32,000 nt of DNA from Trichodesmium erythraeum IMS101 (GTDB lineage: Bacteria; Cyanobacteriota; Cyanobacteriia; Cyanobacteriales; Microcoleaceae): the NCBI RefSeq assembly GCF_000014265.1, contig NC_008312.1, positions 1,020,001 through 1,052,000 of the forward strand, given 5' to 3'. Of the stretch, positions 29,559-32,000 are shown piece by piece. Every line of letters begins with the position of its first letter. The first letter of the stretch is position 1. Made by a program: the position numbers and the translations under genes. The notes under the pieces are model-generated. The model was not told the DNA's origin. It made no database searches and was given only the letters and a program-made list of their open reading frames with translations.

Positions 29559-29786
29559 ATGCAAAAGTGGGAATATCTATTAGCAGAAGCAAGCCCTTAT
29601 CCTTTTGGAGATAAGCTGATTAGTATATATATAAATGGTCAAGAATGGCGAGAATGGAAAAATCAAACATTATACGAATTCGTTAATTATTTGGGTGATC
29701 AAGGATGGGAATTAGTCACTTTTAGTCATAACTCAAAATCTGATAATAATTACCTCATATTTAAACGCCCGAAAATTACAATGTAA
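29559..29786 (+). CDS. Small DUF4177-like protein
   Basis: 75 aa. MQKWEYLL...LGDQGWELVTFS...YLIFKRP matches the remembered DUF4177 pattern (WEYK..., GxxGWELV, YxFKR). Confidence 0.55.
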   Translation: MQKWEYLLAEASPYPFGDKLISIYINGQEWREWKNQTLYEFVNYLGDQGWELVTFSHNSKSDNNYLIFKRPKITM

Positions 29787-29818
29787 ATTATGAATGCTTC
29801 ACAACTTTTACTAATATT

Positions 29819-31168
29819 TTAAACATCTGATTGATTCAATCTTTTTTGCCATTCAGCATCAATTTTATCTGTCTGTTCAGCTTCCTGTTCTAGGATATTC
29901 TTTTCCGTTGTATAGGCCAAATCTTGATTACTAATAATTGTTTCTTTTGCAAATTCTCTAGCATAATCAATTTTCCGAATTAACAGATTACTAGCTTGGT
30001 TTAAAGCAATAGTTCTGTTTTTTCTTTGTTGATTTCTTTTCTCAACTTTACCATTACGCCATTGTACCCAAAAATAACGAATGAATGGTAATACTAGAAA
30101 ACTAATACCATAAGCTAGTAGCACAGGATAAATAACTTCAACAAAATTAATAATCCACCCAATCTGCTCTATCATTCTATCATCTTCTAACAATGAACCT
30201 AAAACTAAAGCACCAATAAAATTAACAGCACCTAATCCAATTGCCAACATAATTTGATTAGAATTGGCTTTACTAAAACGCAATTTTTTTTCTATTAAAT
30301 AAGTAGAAACAGGTTCAAAATGCCATTGTTTTGCTGTTGTTTGTAAATCAGGAAAATGATAAACAATTTGACCATCAGGACTAACTTCTGGTCGACCATT
30401 AAAACGAATTAATACTGGTAAAATATACTCTTCATATTCTACAGCATATTCTTTCCCTAAATCATCTAAATAAGGAGCAATTTGTTCGGCAACTACTGCA
30501 CCTTGATTATTTTTAATTACAGTAGCGATCGCCTGCCAACGTTGCTCATCTAAATTGTAATTAGGGTTCCCGTCTCCAAAGAGAAAAGAAAATATAGCCT
30601 CCAAAAAATTCATTTCATTTTCTTTTTTTGGAATAAAAGATTTATTTGTTTTTCTTTGATTTTTACGTTGATATCTATAGGGTTGATCGTAGTATCCCCA
30701 ATCAAACAACCACAACCAATAAGGATTAAATCCAAACCGCGGAAAAAATCCCATACTAGCGCCCGAATTATTTTCCCCTTCACATGAGTCATTTTGTTCA
30801 CTACTAGAGTTAATTGAAATAACAATGATGGCAATAGCAACCATTATAATTATTATAGAAAGTATCAATAAAAATCCGAAAGAAACTCTAATTAAATAAA
30901 ACAATATTCGCCAAACTTTTTCCCACCATTCTCTCAATCTTAAGCGCCAGAATTTATTGCGTAAAATACTTCTAAAATTATTGGGAAATAAATAAGCAAT
31001 TTCTCCTGATTCTGATACTTGTAAATGACCACCAGCATCTGTAGCTAAAGCTAATAATGCTTGTTCTGCGACTTTAATATCTAATCCAGCTTGAGCTGCT
31101 ACATCCCCTAAAGTAACACGGTAGTCCAGATTCTCCACAGCTGTCATTATTGCAGGATTTGGAGTCAT
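29819..31168 (-). CDS. Conserved cyanobacterial-type membrane protein of unknown function (two soluble modules, each followed by a TM region)
   Basis: 449-aa ORF with GAGG 8 nt upstream of ATG 31168. N-terminal module VTLGDVAAQAGL...GGHLQVSESGEIAYLFPNNF is followed by a TM segment. A second module, AVVAEQIAPYLDD...GRPEVSPDGQIVYHFPDLQ, is followed by 2-3 TM segments and a charged coiled tail. Confidence 0.7.
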   Translation of the reverse strand: MTPNPAIMTAVENLDYRVTLGDVAAQAGLDIKVAEQALLALATDAGGHLQVSESGEIAYLFPNNFRSILRNKFWRLRLREWWEKVWRILFYLIRVSFGFLLILSIIIIMVAIAIIVISINSSSEQNDSCEGENNSGASMGFFPRFGFNPYWLWLFDWGYYDQPYRYQRKNQRKTNKSFIPKKENEMNFLEAIFSFLFGDGNPNYNLDEQRWQAIATVIKNNQGAVVAEQIAPYLDDLGKEYAVEYEEYILPVLIRFNGRPEVSPDGQIVYHFPDLQTTAKQWHFEPVSTYLIEKKLRFSKANSNQIMLAIGLGAVNFIGALVLGSLLEDDRMIEQIGWIINFVEVIYPVLLAYGISFLVLPFIRYFWVQWRNGKVEKRNQQRKNRTIALNQASNLLIRKIDYAREFAKETIISNQDLAYTTEKNILEQEAEQTDKIDAEWQKRLNQSDV

Positions 31169-31874
31169 AACATTACCTCAAACTTAATTGACCTATTTTA
31201 AATTATAAGTAAATATGTCAAAGTATCCAATATTCATCTGGATATTGTCTACAATATGATCAATTGTAAGTGGATTGAGTTTTCTATAAAATAGTAATGG
31301 AGATTCGCCCGCAGCTAATTTATAGTCGAAAAGTTGGTTATGGGTTATTTTTATTTTTTTTATACAAACCTTTGTTTATATCTACTTACTTACTTGAATG
31401 AGACTATAAACTTAAGTCCCTAAATAGGCTAATATACTACTATAAAAAAAATGTCAAAATTGCTCACAAAATATTTTCATCTTGTACACATATATCACAT
31501 ATTTGCATAGCATTACATAGTATTATAAAACTTATATGAGTGATACTTAGCAAACAAATAATTTCAGTATTTGATAATATATAAAACCTATTTAATTTTC
31601 AATATTTTTCTATATTTATCACATGACATTTTGCCAAAAATATAATTTTTTTTTAATTATAAGAAAATCAAGCATAACCTTAATTGGTAATTTTTATGTA
31701 TATATAATAATTATAATTTTATTTTGAATGCATCCAGAAAAATTGGGGATTCAAACTATACACTCAAAAATAATTTTTGACTTTTGACCTAACTCACTTC
31801 AAGCAATTGAAGAAGAATAAAAGTCAAGAGCAAATATTGAATCTGATCTTATTCCCTATTCCTTCCTTGAATAA

Positions 31875-32000
31875 ATGCTTATATCTCTTCGCATTAATAA
31901 CTTTGCCCTCATAGACCATCTCGAACTAAAATTAGGTTCCGGTCTAAATGTCTTCACAGGTGAAACAGGTGCCGGAAAGTCCATTATCTTAGATGCTCTT
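31875..32000 (+). CDS. recN: DNA repair protein RecN, N-terminal 42 codons (continues beyond the window)
   Basis: MLISLRINNFALIDHLELKLGSGLNVFTGETGAGKSIILDAL is the canonical RecN N-terminus with Walker A GETGAGKS. Confidence 0.85.
   Translation, partial: MLISLRINNFALIDHLELKLGSGLNVFTGETGAGKSIILDAL

Noticed and set aside
7612-30840. Short ORFs from the track nested in or antisense to larger genes (7612-7860, 8983-9168, 24383-24619, 24941-25123, 27750-28001, 28507-28692, 30610-30840)
   Set aside because: Each overlaps a much longer ORF that has clear family motifs. Their translations are low-complexity or unrecognisable, as expected for chance frames in AT-rich DNA.
1-32000. Search for dnd, dpt, pbe, restriction or cas genes that would give the methyltransferase a known context
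   Set aside because: No translated ORF in the window shows hallmarks such as DndC PAPS-reductase-like, DndD SMC-like ATPase, cysteine desulfurase or nuclease motifs. The methyltransferase is therefore treated as an orphan. Genes outside the window cannot be excluded.

Overview
This is AT-rich cyanobacterial chromosomal DNA. I located 10 HIP1 octamers (GCGATCGC) by eye. By my annotation only about 64% of the window lies in intact CDS, and it is littered with transposase relics. That combination is reminiscent of Trichodesmium-like genomes, but this is a guess, not a search result. Housekeeping content: the 3' end of an ABC exporter gene, all three System II cytochrome c biogenesis genes (ccs1, ccdA, ccsA), a rhomboid protease, RNase Z, a SpoIID/LytB-domain protein, a conserved membrane protein and the 5' end of recN. 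Accessory content: (1) a roughly 2060-aa TPR protein with a C-terminal sulfotransferase domain, whose core is 16 almost identical 204-bp tandem units, followed by a decayed partial copy of the same gene. (2) An RHH/MazF toxin-antitoxin pair, a glycosyltransferase and an IS630 relic, all inserted between ccdA and ccsA. (3) At the window centre, an isolated two-gene cassette. It consists of a KGK-domain protein and a 759-aa 'DNA phosphorothioation-associated' type methyltransferase whose SAM-binding core sits between two diverged copies of one domain, with no dnd genes nearby. This is my best candidate for an undescribed system. (4) A minimal or truncated NB-ARC/STAND NTPase divergent from a small glycine-zipper-like ORF. 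(5) Several IS200/IS605 TnpB relics and intergenic tandem repeats. All family assignments come from motifs read by eye and remembered family signatures. No searches were run.
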